Source: Anaeramoeba ignava BMAN (lineage: Eukaryota; Protista; Anaeramoebae). Taken from it: DNA of 64,000 nt. Positions 21,369 through 34,030 of the stretch are shown here, piece by piece. The notes beneath the pieces were generated by a model that saw nothing but the letters and a program-made list of their open reading frames with translations, did not search any database and was not told the DNA's origin. Every line of letters begins with the position of its first letter. Positions within the stretch are counted from its first letter, which is position 1. The position numbers were made by a program, and so were the translations under genes. The stretch lies in NCBI GenBank assembly GCA_028826165.1, contig JAPDFW010000074.1, positions 186,001 to 250,000 on the forward strand. The letters are read 5' to 3'.

Positions 21369-22968
21369 TTAAATGAAATAAGTTTCAAGTTCATCAACAA
21401 CCCATTCATCAGGAGAACCAGCTAAATAATTTTCAGCTTCATTTGTTCCATATCTAATTCCATTAGGCAGATTGTAACTATCACCAAAATTTGATCCACC
21501 AGGTTGTAAATCAGATTCTAAAGAAATATCATGTAATCCATTATATCCCCCAAAAGTTGGACCTTTATCTGATTCATAATAAATTGCATTTTTATATTCA
21601 TTTTCATATTGCTTAACTGAAAACTTATCTGGTTTTCGATTTCCTTTATCATTTCTTAATGAGAAAATAAATGCATTTGGATCAATAATATATCCACTTT
21701 CTTCTTTTTTTGATAAACTATCCCATTTTGATTTATCAGTTGTCCATCCAATTTGAGTAAATCCTCCAAAAATAAAATTATCTGTTGTTTTGATAATAAC
21801 TAATGTTTTTCCCTTATCATCACATTTATTATGCCAATTTTCAGAATCAAATCCTTCTCTTTTTGCTGAATATCCTTTTCTCATTTTAGAAAAGAAATTA
21901 TTATCATTTATCCATTCTTTCAATTTATTCACATATTCATTATCTTTAATAATTTCTGAATCTGAAAATTGATGAAAATTCTGTTTTAATTCAATTCCTT
22001 TTATTACAAGTTTCATTTTCTCAATTTCTCTTTTCAAATTTTCGTTTTCTAATTTAATTTGTTCCAGTTCTTGATCTTTGTTTGCAAAAACTTTTTTTGG
22101 TCGATCAATTAATATGGAACTTGAAAGAAAAAACTCAAAATATTCTAATTTAACAAAATCTTGTTTTGAAATTGAATCTTTATCAAAAATGAAAAAAAAG
22201 AATGAAATAATCTTTTCTTTTCAATTTCTCTTTCTTTTTCTTTCTTTCCTCTTAATCTTTCAATTCTTTTTCCAATCCATTCATTTAAAAATTGAAAAAA
22301 ATAAAATTGAAAAATTTCTTTTTTTTCTTGTTTAAATTGAATAAATTTGATAATTTCTTCTTTAGTTAAATTGAATAAATTTTCATTATTCTTAATTTGG
22401 GAAAAATTTTGATTTATTAATTCAAAACATTTTATTTCAATTTCATTTATTTTTAAGTCTCGATTTTTGAAAAAATTGGAAAAAATTTGAATAATTAATT
22501 GAATTTAAAATTTTTTTTTGAATAATTTCTTTCAATAAATTTAATTTAAAATAAATTGAAATTTCCAATAATTGAATAAGATTTTCTTGATTCTCAAAAG
22601 AAATATTTCCATAATAAATATATTTCAAAATTGATTTCATTTCTTTTTTATTAAATTGATTTAAAGAAATAGAAAGAGATTCTTGCCTTAAAAACTCATT
22701 AAAAAATGGAGATCTTGAAGATAAAATTGATTTATGAACTTTAATTTCAAAAGTATTTGGTTTATTCTCAACAAAAATTGAAAAATCTTTAAATAAATTT
22801 CCATTTAAAAGGTTTAAATAATCTTTAATTAAATTTTTTGTTACTTTTTAAATTTTTCATTTCATTTTCATTTTGATTTTCATTTTGATTTTGATTTTGA
22901 TTTTGATTTTCATTTTGATTTTCATTTTGATTTTGATTTTCATTTTGATTATTATTATTATTATCCAT
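21369..22968 (-). pseudogene. BTB + coiled-coil + TLDc protein, frameshifted between ~22080 and ~22860
   Basis: BTB read on minus strand (DFSIFVE...IKVHKSILSSRSPFF...ILKYIYYG); TLDc in ORF 21369-22037 (GFDSENWHNKCDDKGKTLVIIKT...IFGGFT...GPTFG). ATG at 22968 is out of frame with the BTB; TGA at 22443-22445. Confidence 0.72.
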
Positions 22969-23165
22969 TTTGTTTTTAAAAAAGAAAAAAATGAAAAAAA
23001 ATAATTTGAGTAAATTAATTTAATTGAAACATTAATTTTTTAAATGAATTTCCCTTTTTAGAAAGAAATGATTCAAAAAAAAAAGAAGAAAGAAAGATCT
23101 TGTTTGGATTTTGGAAATGAGAATATTCGAAAAAAAAAAAACTAAGAAAGAAAAGCAAATCAAAT

Positions 23166-25266
23166 TCACATTAAACGGCATTGAGATTTTTTTTTCTGTT
23201 GATTTGCTAAAGATGTTGGAAAAGGTTCATTAATAAATAATTCGAATTCAATATCGAATGAGTTTGCAATTAAAAAGATAATTGGACAACGACTCATAGC
23301 ATCTTGAACAATAGTTTCTGCAGTCTCCTTTGATTCATCAAAACCCACATCAAAAGTAACATTCATTGCCTTAATTGGGGGATCTTCAGTTAGTCCAAAT
23401 TTAGCAGATAAGTTTTCATCGAGTTGAGCTTCAACTGAGAGTGATTTTAACGGAATTTTCCTCAAAGTGCAAGCATAAGCAAAATGGGTTAAAAGACAAC
23501 AACTTACGCCCCCAAGGAAATATTGGATAGCAAAAGGCTTTCTTGATTCTCCTCCAAAAGTTTGTCTTGAATCAGTTTGAAATTTGAAGCACTTGTCTTG
23601 TTCGTAGAAAATTGGTGCTGTAAATTGTGCCCCCGATTTATCCTCGCAATCCCATTCACCTTCAATTACACATGGTTTTTTTGTCAATTCTGGATGAGCA
23701 AGTAGATTTTTTCTGATTTCTTCAACTTTTGTCATGTCGATTCCATTTAATGGTTTTTTTTTGGGGATTTTTGTTTCTGGATCTGAATTTACTGTTGATT
23801 CTGTTGCTATTTTGACTTCGTTTGTTGCTAAATATACTGTTGGTGATCTTTTGATTGCTTGTTGATGCATTTCTTTTAATTTTTCTTCTGATTCTTTTGA
23901 AAATACTGAAAGACTTATTTTGAATTTTGTTACTGGTTTTCTTTCCATATCTAATCCCATTATTTTATATAAATCAAAATCAAGATGTGATCGAATTTTC
24001 AATGAATCGAGTTTCATGTTGTTTAAAGTGCACTGTTGTACAAATGTACTATTTATATTTATTTATTTAAATATTTATATTTTGATTTATATTTAGATTT
24101 ATATTTATATTTTGATTTTGATTTATATTTAAATTTAGATTTAAATTTATATTTAGATTTAGATTTATATTTAGATTTAGATTTATATTTAGATTTGGAT
24201 TTAGATTTAGATTTAGATTTGGATTTGGATTTTTATTTATATTTATATTTATATTTATATTTTGATTTTGATTTAGATTTAGATTTATATTTATATTTAG
24301 ATTTATATTTAAATTTATATTTATATTTAGATTTATATTTATATTTAGATTTATATTTATATTTATATTTATATTTATATTTATATTTAAATTTATATTT
24401 ATATTTATATTTATATTTATATTTAGATTTATATTTTGATTTATATTTTGATTTAGATTTAGATTTAGATTTTATTTTATATTTATATTTATATTTATAT
24501 TTATATTTAGATTTAGATTTAGATTTATATTTAGATTTATATTTATATTTATATTTATATTTATATTTATATTTATATTTTATATTTATATTTTAGATTT
24601 AGATTTAGATTTAGATTTAGATTTATATTTTGATTTATATTTATATTTATATTTATATTTATATTTATATTTATATTTATATTTATATTTATATTTAGAT
24701 TTAGATTTATATTTATATTTATATTTATATTTAGATTTTGATTTAGATTTATATTTATATTTAGATTTATATTTATATTTTGATTTATATTTTGATTTAT
24801 ATTTAAATTAAATTTACCAAGCATGCATTGCTGCAAAACTAAAAGAAAAAATTTTAAAAAGAAAAATTTTGATCAGAATTTTAAATAAAAAAAAATAATA
24901 ATAAAAATAAATTTACGCATAATTAGAAAGAGCCATTGGATTTACTGCTTTTCCTCTTCCTCCTGTACTTGGTGGATTATCAATTGGAAGATTTAAAGAA
25001 CCCTTTTCAAAATAGACAACTATTTTTTTTTTAAGGGAAAAGAAAAAAAAAAAGAAAAAAAAAGAAAACAAAAAAATTTTTTTCTTTTTTAAATTTTTGA
25101 ATTGTTTTTTTTTTGTTTAGATTTTACTTGTTTTATAAGGAAATTTATTTCTTGGAATCCAAGAAAATGTTAAATTTGTTTGTTTTAAATTTCGTGAAGG
25201 ATTTTTTTCAACTTCTTCCTTTATTGTTTCCAAAGCTTCTCTATTAATATTATTTAATTTAAACAT
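23166..25266 (-). CDS. Tandem two-domain OsmC/Ohr-like peroxiredoxin with C-terminal polybasic + CaaX (KKKSQCRLM)
   Basis: Exons 25266-25128, 25019-24917, 24838-24818, 24048-23166 splice in frame. Domain 1: DNPPSTGGRGKAVNP...HACTF...KRSPT. Domain 2: DSRQTFGG...GGVSCCLL...SRCPI. Both begin with an LNxI-helix-P...W segment. Confidence 0.82.
24051..24815. repeat. Intronic hexamer repeat (ATTTAT/ATTTAG)n
   Basis: Fills intron 24049-24817 of the OsmC-like gene. Confidence 0.9.
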
Positions 25267-25592
25267 TTCTTGATAATTTTTATTATTTTTTTATTTAATT
25301 TTTAATTTTTAAAAAAGAAAAAAATTGAAAATTAAAAAAATTTAAAATAAAAATTTTCCTAATTTGATTTTTTTTTTTTAAATTAAAAACAACTCATTTT
25401 TTTTAATCATTTCCTTTCATTTTCTTTCCTTTTTTTTATTATATTTTTTTTTTAAATTTGAAAATGAGATCACAATTAGCAAAAGAAGAAAAAGAAAAAA
25501 AAAAAAAAAAACTTTCATTTTTAAATCTTTTTTAAATCTTTTTTAAAAATAAAAAGAAAAAAAATTATTTAATTATTTAATTATTTAATTAT

Positions 25593-28500
25593 TTAGTTAA
25601 AATTCATTAATTGAAAAATATCTCTTTGTTTAATATTTCTGTTTTCTTTTGCTAAAGAAGAACGAATATAATTGCGACTTCTTGGGGTTAATTTTTGAGA
25701 AACAGTAAAATTTGATTGATTCAAATTCAAGTTTTGATTTGAAATTGAAACGAATCTTAAATCGGTTGATTTTCTTGGAGTTAATCTTGGAGATGTTAAA
25801 GCTTTTCTTGGAGTTATTGTTTGTGTTTTTGTTTTTGGAGTAAATTGAGGAATGACTTGAATTTTTTGCTTTTCTGATTTTTGTATTTGTTTTGATAAAC
25901 CAAATGAAACTCTTCCTGATCGAATTGATTTTCTTAATTTTTTTGGAGGTGAAAAAATTAGTTCTTCTTTTTCTTTGTTTTCTTTTGAAGTTAATTTTTC
26001 TTGTGTTTCTTTTAGTGATTCTACAAAAACCCATGAATTTTCTGAATTTTCTTCTTCTTTGTATTTTTTGTAACAAATATCACAAATTCTTGATGGTTTT
26101 GTTGATGATTGATTTGGTAGCATTACTTTATGTGAAGAGCATGAATGACAAACAACTTGTCCACATTTTCGGCAATGATGCTTTTTTTTAATTGATTTAA
26201 AAATTGATTTAAAAATTGATTTTAAAATTGATTTAAAATTGATTTAAAATTGATATAAAATTGATTTAAAATTGATTTGAAATTGATTTGAAATTGATTT
26301 ATAAATTGGTATAAAATTGATATAAAATTGATTTAAAATTGATATAAAATTGATTTAAAATTGATTTAAATTTGATTTAAAATTAAAATTGATTTAAAAT
26401 TGATTTAAATTTGATTTAAAATTGATTAAAAATTGATTTAAAATTGATATAAAATTAATATAAAATTGATTTAAAATTGATTTAAAATTAAAATTGATAT
26501 TTAAAATTTATTTGAAATTGAAATTGATTTAAAATTAAAATTGATTAAAAATTGATATAAAATTGATTTAAAATTGATTTAAAATTGATTTAAAATTGAT
26601 TTAAAATTGATATAAAATTGATATAAAATTGATTTAAAATTGATTTAAAATTGATATAAAATTGATTTAAAATTGATATAAAATTGATTTAAAATTGATT
26701 TAAATTTGATTTAAAATTGATTTAAAATTGATTTAAATTTGATTTAAAATTGATTTAAATTTGATTTAAAATTGATTTAAAATTGATTTAAATTTGATTT
26801 AAAATTGATTTAAATTTGATTTAAAATTGATTTAAAATTGATTTAAATTTGATTTAAAATTGATTTAAATTTGATTTAAAATTGATTTGAAATTGATTTA
26901 AAATTAATTTGAAATTGATTTAAAATTGATATAAAATTAATATAAAATTGATTTATATTAATTTAAAATTGATTTAAAATTGAATTGAAATTACAAACCT
27001 TTCTTTTCCATGCAGTAAATAAAGAATCACAAACATAACATTGTCTTGCTTGTTCATTTGGAATCCATTCTAATTTTTCTGTTGAATCTTTTGAAGTTAA
27101 TAATGTTTGACTTTTCCTTTTATATTCTTGAATTGTTTTTTTCATTATATTTATCCAATTTTCTTTTTCTTCTTTTGTTTTTGCAATTAAATTAATTTGT
27201 TTTTCATCATAACGAATAATAAATGGATTTACAACTAATTAATATATTTTATAAATTAATATTTTTTATAAATTAATATATATTTTATAAATTAATATAT
27301 TTTTTATAAATTAATATATTTTTCTAAATTGTTTTGATTTCGCTTTAAAATAATTTACGTTCCGAATCTGGAAGATTTTGAATAGAACATTTTTCAAGTG
27401 GAATTTTTCCATAAAGCTTTTAAAATTATATCAAAAAAAAAATATTTTTTGTGTTTAATTTTTAAATTGAAATTGTTCAGAAAATAATCAAATTATTTAC
27501 TTTATAATTTTCACCAGAAAGTTCTGCAAAAATTAATAAATCATTAAATAAGAAAAAAATTCTCTTATAAAATTTATTTTGCACTTTTTGATCAAATTCA
27601 GCTTGTAAAACAAATCGACGATGTGAAGCAACTAAATCATTCTTTAGAATAAATTATTTATAATTTTGATTTGAAAAATTCAAATGAAAAATTTTTGTTT
27701 CTTTTCAATAAATAAATAAAATTAATTCAAACCAATTCTTTTGATGAAAATTTTAATTGAATTTCAACAATTTTATCTAAATTCTCTTTATGTTTAATTG
27801 AATCATTAATTTCATTATTGACTTTATTAATTTTTTGTTGTGCATTAATAAGATTTTCATAATCTGGATGAGATTTATCTGTTGCTTTTACTAATTCCTA
27901 TTTTTAAATCAATTTTTAAATCAATTTTTAAATCAATTTTTAAATCAATTTTTAAATTAATTATTAAATTAATTATTAAATTAATTATTAAATTAATTAT
28001 TAAATTAATTATTAAATCAATTTTTAAATTAATTATTAAATCAATTATTAAATCAATTATTAAATTAATTTTTAAATCAATTATTAAATTAATTATTAAA
28101 TTAATTATTAAATTAATTATTAAATTAATTATTAAATTAATTATTAAAATTAATTATTAAATTAATTATTAAATTAATTATTAAATTAATTATTAAAATT
28201 AATTTATTAAATTAATTATTAAATTAATTATTAAAATTAATTATTAAATTAATTATTATTAAATTAATTATTAAATCAATTATTAAATTAATTTTTAAAT
28301 TAATTATTAAATTAATTTTTAAATTAATTATTAAATTAATTATTAAATTAATTATTAAATTAATTATTAAATTAATTATTAAATTAATTATTAAATTAAT
28401 TATTAAATTAATTATTAAATCAATTATTAAATTAATTATTAAATCAATTATTAAATTAATTATTAAATTAATTATTAAAATTAATTATTAAATTAATTAT

Positions 28501-30317
28501 TAAATTAATTATTAAATTAATTATTAAATTAATTATTAAATTAATTTTTAAATCAATTTTTAAATCAATTTTTAAATTAATTATTAAATTAATTATTAAA
28601 ATTAATTATTAAATCAATTATTAAATCAATTATTAAATTAATTATTAAATTAATTATTAAATTAATTATTAAATTAATTATTAAATTAATTATTAAATTA
28701 ATTTTTAAATCAATTTTTAAATCAATTTTTAAATTAATTATTAAATTAATTATTAAAATTAATTATTAAATCAATTATTAAATCAATTATTAAATTAATT
28801 ATTTAAATTAATTATTAAATTAATTATTAAATTAATTATTAAATTAATTATTAAATTAATTTTTAAATCAATTTTTAAATCAATTTTTAAATTAATTATT
28901 AAATTAATTATTAAAATTAATTTTTAAATTAATTATTAAATTAATTATTAAATTAATTATTAAAATTAATTTTTAATTCAATTTTTAAATCAATTTTTAA
29001 TTTAAATATTAAATTAATTTTTAAATTAATTATTAAATTAATTATCAAATTAGTTATTAAAATTAATTATTAATTCAATTATTAAATTAATTTTTAAATT
29101 AATTATTAAATTAATTATCAAATTAGTTATTAAAATTAATTTTTAAATTAATTATTAAATTAATTATTAAATTAATTATTAAAATTAATTATTAAATCAA
29201 TTATTAAATCAATTATTAAATTAATTTTTAAATTAATTATTAAATTAATTATTAAAATTAATTATTAAATTAATTATTAAATTAATTATTAAATTAATTA
29301 TTAAATTAATTATTAAATTAATTATTAAATTAATTATTAAATTAATTATTAAATTAATTATTAAATTAATTATTAAATTAATTATTTTTTTTTCAGTAAA
29401 CAAACTTGAAGAAGAAGTTGATATCTTGGAAGACGTTGAACAGGAGTAATTAAAAGACTAGATAATGAAAGATTTTGAGATTGTTCTGTTTGTTTTCGCT
29501 TTAAAAATCAAAATCAAAATCAAAATCAAAATTAAAATTCATTTCAAAATTCATTTCAAAATTCATTTTCAAAATTCATTTTTAAATTTGAAATTTAAAA
29601 TAATATACTTGAGACCATTGAATAAATCGGGGCGTTTTTGAATATTTTTGAAGTAAATCATTCGCTTTTGAATAATTTTGAATATAATCAGTATACATTT
29701 TTAAAAAAGGAATCTAAATAATAATTTTTTTCAATATAAATTTTTGTTTTCGAATTTAAAAATGTTTTGAACTAAAATTTTTTTCAATATAAATTAAAAT
29801 ACAAGCTTCACAAAAAAATCACCAAGAATAACTGAATCATCCCAATTTTGTATTCTACTTTCAAAATGAGCAAGTAATTCTAAATTAACCTATTAAAAAA
29901 AAATAAAATAAAACAATTTTTTTTATTATTTAAAATGAATTTTAATTTTTAATTTTTACATTTAAAATATCAGTAATATTTGAAAAAATTATTCCAACAT
30001 CTTTATTTGAAACAATTGGATGATTTGTTTTTGCTGAATTTTTTAATTCATTTAAATATTCCTATTAAAAAAAAATTGAGATTAATAAATTAAGAACAGT
30101 TTTTTTTTATTATTTTTTATTTTTATTTTTATTATTTTTTACATTAACTAATATTTGTAAATTATTAACATAAGTTCTTTCCGTTGTTAAAATTTCTTGT
30201 GCTACTTTTTCTCTTTTTGAAATTTGTTTTTCTTTTTTTTTTTTTTTGAAATTTAAAAATTAAAAATTTAATAATAAAAAAATGAATAAAAAATTTACCG
30301 GTTTTTAAATCTGACAT
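25593..30317 (-). CDS. FGD/frabin-like RhoGEF (DH-PH-FYVE), multi-exon
   Basis: Minus-strand exons give REKVAQEILTTERTYVNNL (~30150-30215), LSSLLITPVQRLPRYQLLL (~29405-29470), a PH segment, and FYVE WIPNEQARQCYVC...RK/HHCRKCGQVVCHSCS...RICDIC (27063-26070). Confidence 0.88.
26190..26985. repeat. Intronic 11-bp repeat (AAAATTGATTT)n
   Basis: Intron that splits the FYVE RKHHCR motif. Confidence 0.9.
27900..29385. repeat. Intronic 12-bp repeat (AAATTAATTATT)n
   Basis: ~1.5-kb intron within the DH domain. Confidence 0.9.
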
Positions 30318-30426
30318 TTAAAAAGAATAATAATAAAGAAGAAGAAGAATAAAAAGAAGAAGAGAAAAATGAAAAAATATTTTTTAATTTTTTTTATTTT
30401 TTTTTCATTTTTCTTTTTCTTTAAAA

Positions 30427-32034
30427 ATGTTTATTTCTGAGTAAATTATAATTATAATTATAATTATTTTTCCGTTTTTTTTTTAATTATTTAAATAATT
30501 TCAATAAAAAATAAAATTTAGAAATATAAAAAAACAAACAAATCAAAAACCAGATCTAAAAGAAGGAGAAAAAGAAATACATAATTGGAAAACACTTTCA
30601 ACAAACTACAAACAATTATTTTCACCTTCAAATGAATTTTCTGATTTTCAAGTTATAGTTACAAGTCCTTCAAATAATCTAAATTATTTTAATTGCCACA
30701 AATGCATTCTTGCGTCAAGAAATGAATATTTTCAAGGATTATTAAGATCCGGAATGAAAGAATCAATTGAATCAAAAGTTATTATTAATGGGATATTGCC
30801 ATCAATTATGGAAATTATATTGGAATATATTTATTCAGGTTCAATGAAAATATCACTTGAAAATGCTTTGGAAGTTTTAGATGCTGCAAAAAGATTTCTT
30901 TTGGATAAGCAAATTGTCCGAGAAATTAATTCATTCATCTCGGAAAATATTAATTCGGAAAATGTCTGTCAAATTATGGATTTTGCTGAGCAAAAACAAC
31001 TGAATGACATGCAGAAAAGATGCTCAAAATTTATCCAGAAAAATTTGAAAAAAATGTGTGAAAATGAATCCATTTTAAATCTTTCAGAAGATCTTTTTAA
31101 AAAGCTTTTAAATGAAGAGATTCAAGCCATTTTTATTACAGAATTTGAATTGTTCAAAGTAATCATTAAATGGGCGCAAAAAAGACTCAATTTACCATTT
31201 GGAATGGAATTTATTGATCAAGAAAATTCCGAAATGATCAAAAAAGAGATTCAGGATTTGATTCACGGAGTTCGATTCATCTCAATGACTCAAGAAGAAC
31301 TCCAACAAATTTCTTCATTGAAAATCATTCCTGACGAATATATGGTGCCCATTTTGCAATCAAAACAAAACAAACAAACCGATTCAAATCAAAATTTCAC
31401 AGATTTAATAAAAGATTCAAAAATTTTGACTCCGAGAAATTACGGAGTAAAAGAAAGCGATATTCTATCCAAAAATCCAGGATGGTTGAAATTTTTGGAT
31501 CATTGGATCAAAACACCAGGGTTTGTTTCCCAGATGAAGTTGGGATATTCAGGTGTCAAACACGGATTTGCTATTCCAACTTTCCATTCAAAATGCGACA
31601 ATCGGGGGCAAACACTTGTTTTGATAGAAACTAATAAGAATTTTATTTTTGGAGGTTTTACATCCGTTGGTTGGGTTTCAGACCCAAGTAAATGGGTGCG
31701 TTATCGGCATCCAGGATATATTAAAGACTCAAAAGCATTTATTTTCTCTCTGAAAAAAGGAGATAAGAAACGTACACCAAAACGTTTTCGAGTCATCAAG
31801 AAAAGATCTGTTTTTGCTATTCATTATAATGATAATATTCTTCTTTTTGGAAAAGGAGGTGGAAATGCTGATATTCGTTTGCTTTGGAATGGATCAATTT
31901 TGCTTAATTATTCCAATTTTGGTCATACTTATCATTTACCTCCTGATATGAAAGTTGATACAGTTGTAGCTCAATCTTATCTTGCTGGTGAATTTCAATG
32001 GGATGTTAAAAATATCGAAGTTTTTTTTAATTAA
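30427..32034 (+). CDS. BTB-BACK-TLDc protein
   Basis: Exon 30427-30440 splices in frame to 30522-32034. FSDFQVIV...CHKCILASRNEYF...ILEYIYSG (BTB), TEFELFKVIIKW...VRFISM (BACK), HGFAIPTFHSKCDNRGQTLVLIET...IFGGFT (TLDc). Confidence 0.9.
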
Positions 32035-34030
32035 AAAAATAAATAAAATAAAAATAAATAAAAATAAAAATAAAAATAAAAATAAGAATAAATAAGAATA
32101 AAAAGTGGAATAAAAAATATTCATATCTTTTTTTTCAAAATTTATTTCTTGATATAAAACTTGATATAGTTTCAATTAAATCTTATCTTATTAATGAATT
32201 TCAATGGGATGTTAAAAATAAAAATAAAAATAAAAATAAAAATAAAAAATAAAAATAAAAAGTGGAATAAAAAATATATTTATTTAATAATAAAAAATAT
32301 TCATATCTTTTTTTTAAAATTTATTTCTTGATATAAAAGTTGATATAGTTTCAATTAAATCTTATCTTATTAATGAATTTCAATGGGATATTAAAAATAA
32401 AAATAAAAATAAAAATAAAAATAAAAAGTGGAATAAAAAATAAATGAAATATATTTATTTAAGAATAAAAAATATTCATATATTTTTTTCCAAAATTAAT
32501 TTCTTGATATAAAACTTGATATAGTTTCAATTAAATCTTATTTTGTTAATGAATTTCAATGGGATGTTAAAAATAAAAATAAATGAAAATAAAAATAAAA
32601 ATAAAAAGTGGAATAAAAAATGGAATAAAAAATAAATAAAAAAAATATTTATTTAATAATCAAAAATATTCATATCTTTTTTTTCAAAATTTATTTCTTG
32701 ATATAAAACTTGATATAGTTTCAATTAAATCTTATTTTGTTAATGAATTTCAATGGGATGTTAAAAATAAAAATAAATAAAAATAAAAATAAAAATAAAA
32801 ATAAAAAGTGGAATAAAAAATAAATGAAAAATATTCATATCTTTTTTTCAAAATTTATTTCTTGATATAAAACTTGATATAGTTTCAATTAAATCTTATC
32901 TTATTAATGAATTTCAATGGGATGTTAAAAATAAAAATAAAAATAAAAATAATAATAATAAAAATAAAAAATAAATAAAAAGTGGAATAAAAAATGGAAT
33001 AAGAAATATTTATTTAATAATCAAAAATATTTAAATCTTTTTTTCCAAAATTTATTTCTTGATATAAAACTTGATATAGTTTCAATTAAATCTTATTTTG
33101 TTAATGAATTTCAATGGGATGTTAAAAATAAAAATAAAAATAACAAAAATAAATAAAAATAAAAAGTGGAATAAAAAATGGAATAAAAAATATTTATTTA
33201 ATAATCAAAAATATTTAAATCTTTTTTTCCAAAATTTATTTCTTGATATAAAAGTTGATATAGTTTCAATTAAATCTTATCTTATTAGTGAATTTCAATG
33301 GGATGTTAAAAATAAAAATAAATAAAAATAAAAATAAAAAGTGGAATAAAAAATATATTTATTTAATAATCAAAAATATTTAAATCTTTTTTTCAAAATT
33401 TATTTCTTAATATAAAACTTGATACAGTTTCAATTAAATCTTATCTTATTAGTGAATTTCAATGGGATGTTAAAAATAAAAATAAAAATAAAAATAAGAA
33501 TAAAAATAAAAAGTGGAATAAAAATAAAAATAAAAAGTGGAATAAAAATAAAAATAAAAAGTGGAATAAAAAATATATTTATTTAATAATCAAAAATATT
33601 CATATCTTTTTTTTCAAAATTTATTTCTTGATATAAAAGTTGATATAGTTTCAATTAAATCTTATCTTGTTAGTGAATTTCAATGGGATATTAAAAATAA
33701 AAATAAAAATAAAAATAAATAAAAATAAAAAGTGGAATAAAAAATAAATGAAAAATATATTTATTTAATAATAAAAAATATTCATATCTTTTTTTCCAAA
33801 ATTTATTTCTTAATATAAAAGTTGATACAGTTTCAATTAAATCTTATTTTGTTAGTGAATTTCAATGGGATGTTAAAAATAAAAATAAAAATAAAAAGTG
33901 GAATAAAAAGTGGAATAAAAAATAAATGAAAAATTTTTCTTTTTATTATTTTAATCAGTAAAAATTAAACAAAAAGATAAAATATATTTTTATTTAATAA
34001 TCAAAAATGTTCATATCTTTTTTCAAAAAA
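32035..34030. repeat. Tandem array, 10 copies of a ~165-220-bp unit derived from the 3' ends of both flanking convergent genes
   Basis: GAATTTCAATGGGAT recurs near 31990 (in CDS), 32195, 32375, 32551, 32745, 32909, 33106, 33290, 33454, 33676 and 33857. Each unit also carries ATATTCATATCTTTTTTTCAAAA matching 34007-34030. Confidence 0.93.

Noticed and set aside
32035-34000. CRISPR-like appearance (conserved block plus variable spacer)
   Set aside because: The conserved block is ~110 bp and derives from the flanking CDS ends; spacers are related A-rich sequence, not unique; no cas genes; eukaryotic context.
31930-34000. Diversity-generating retroelement template/variable repeat pair at the TLDc C-terminus
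   Set aside because: Differences are C>T/G>A changes shared by all copies, as expected from drift after amplification. There are ten tandem copies rather than one TR, and no reverse transcriptase in the window.
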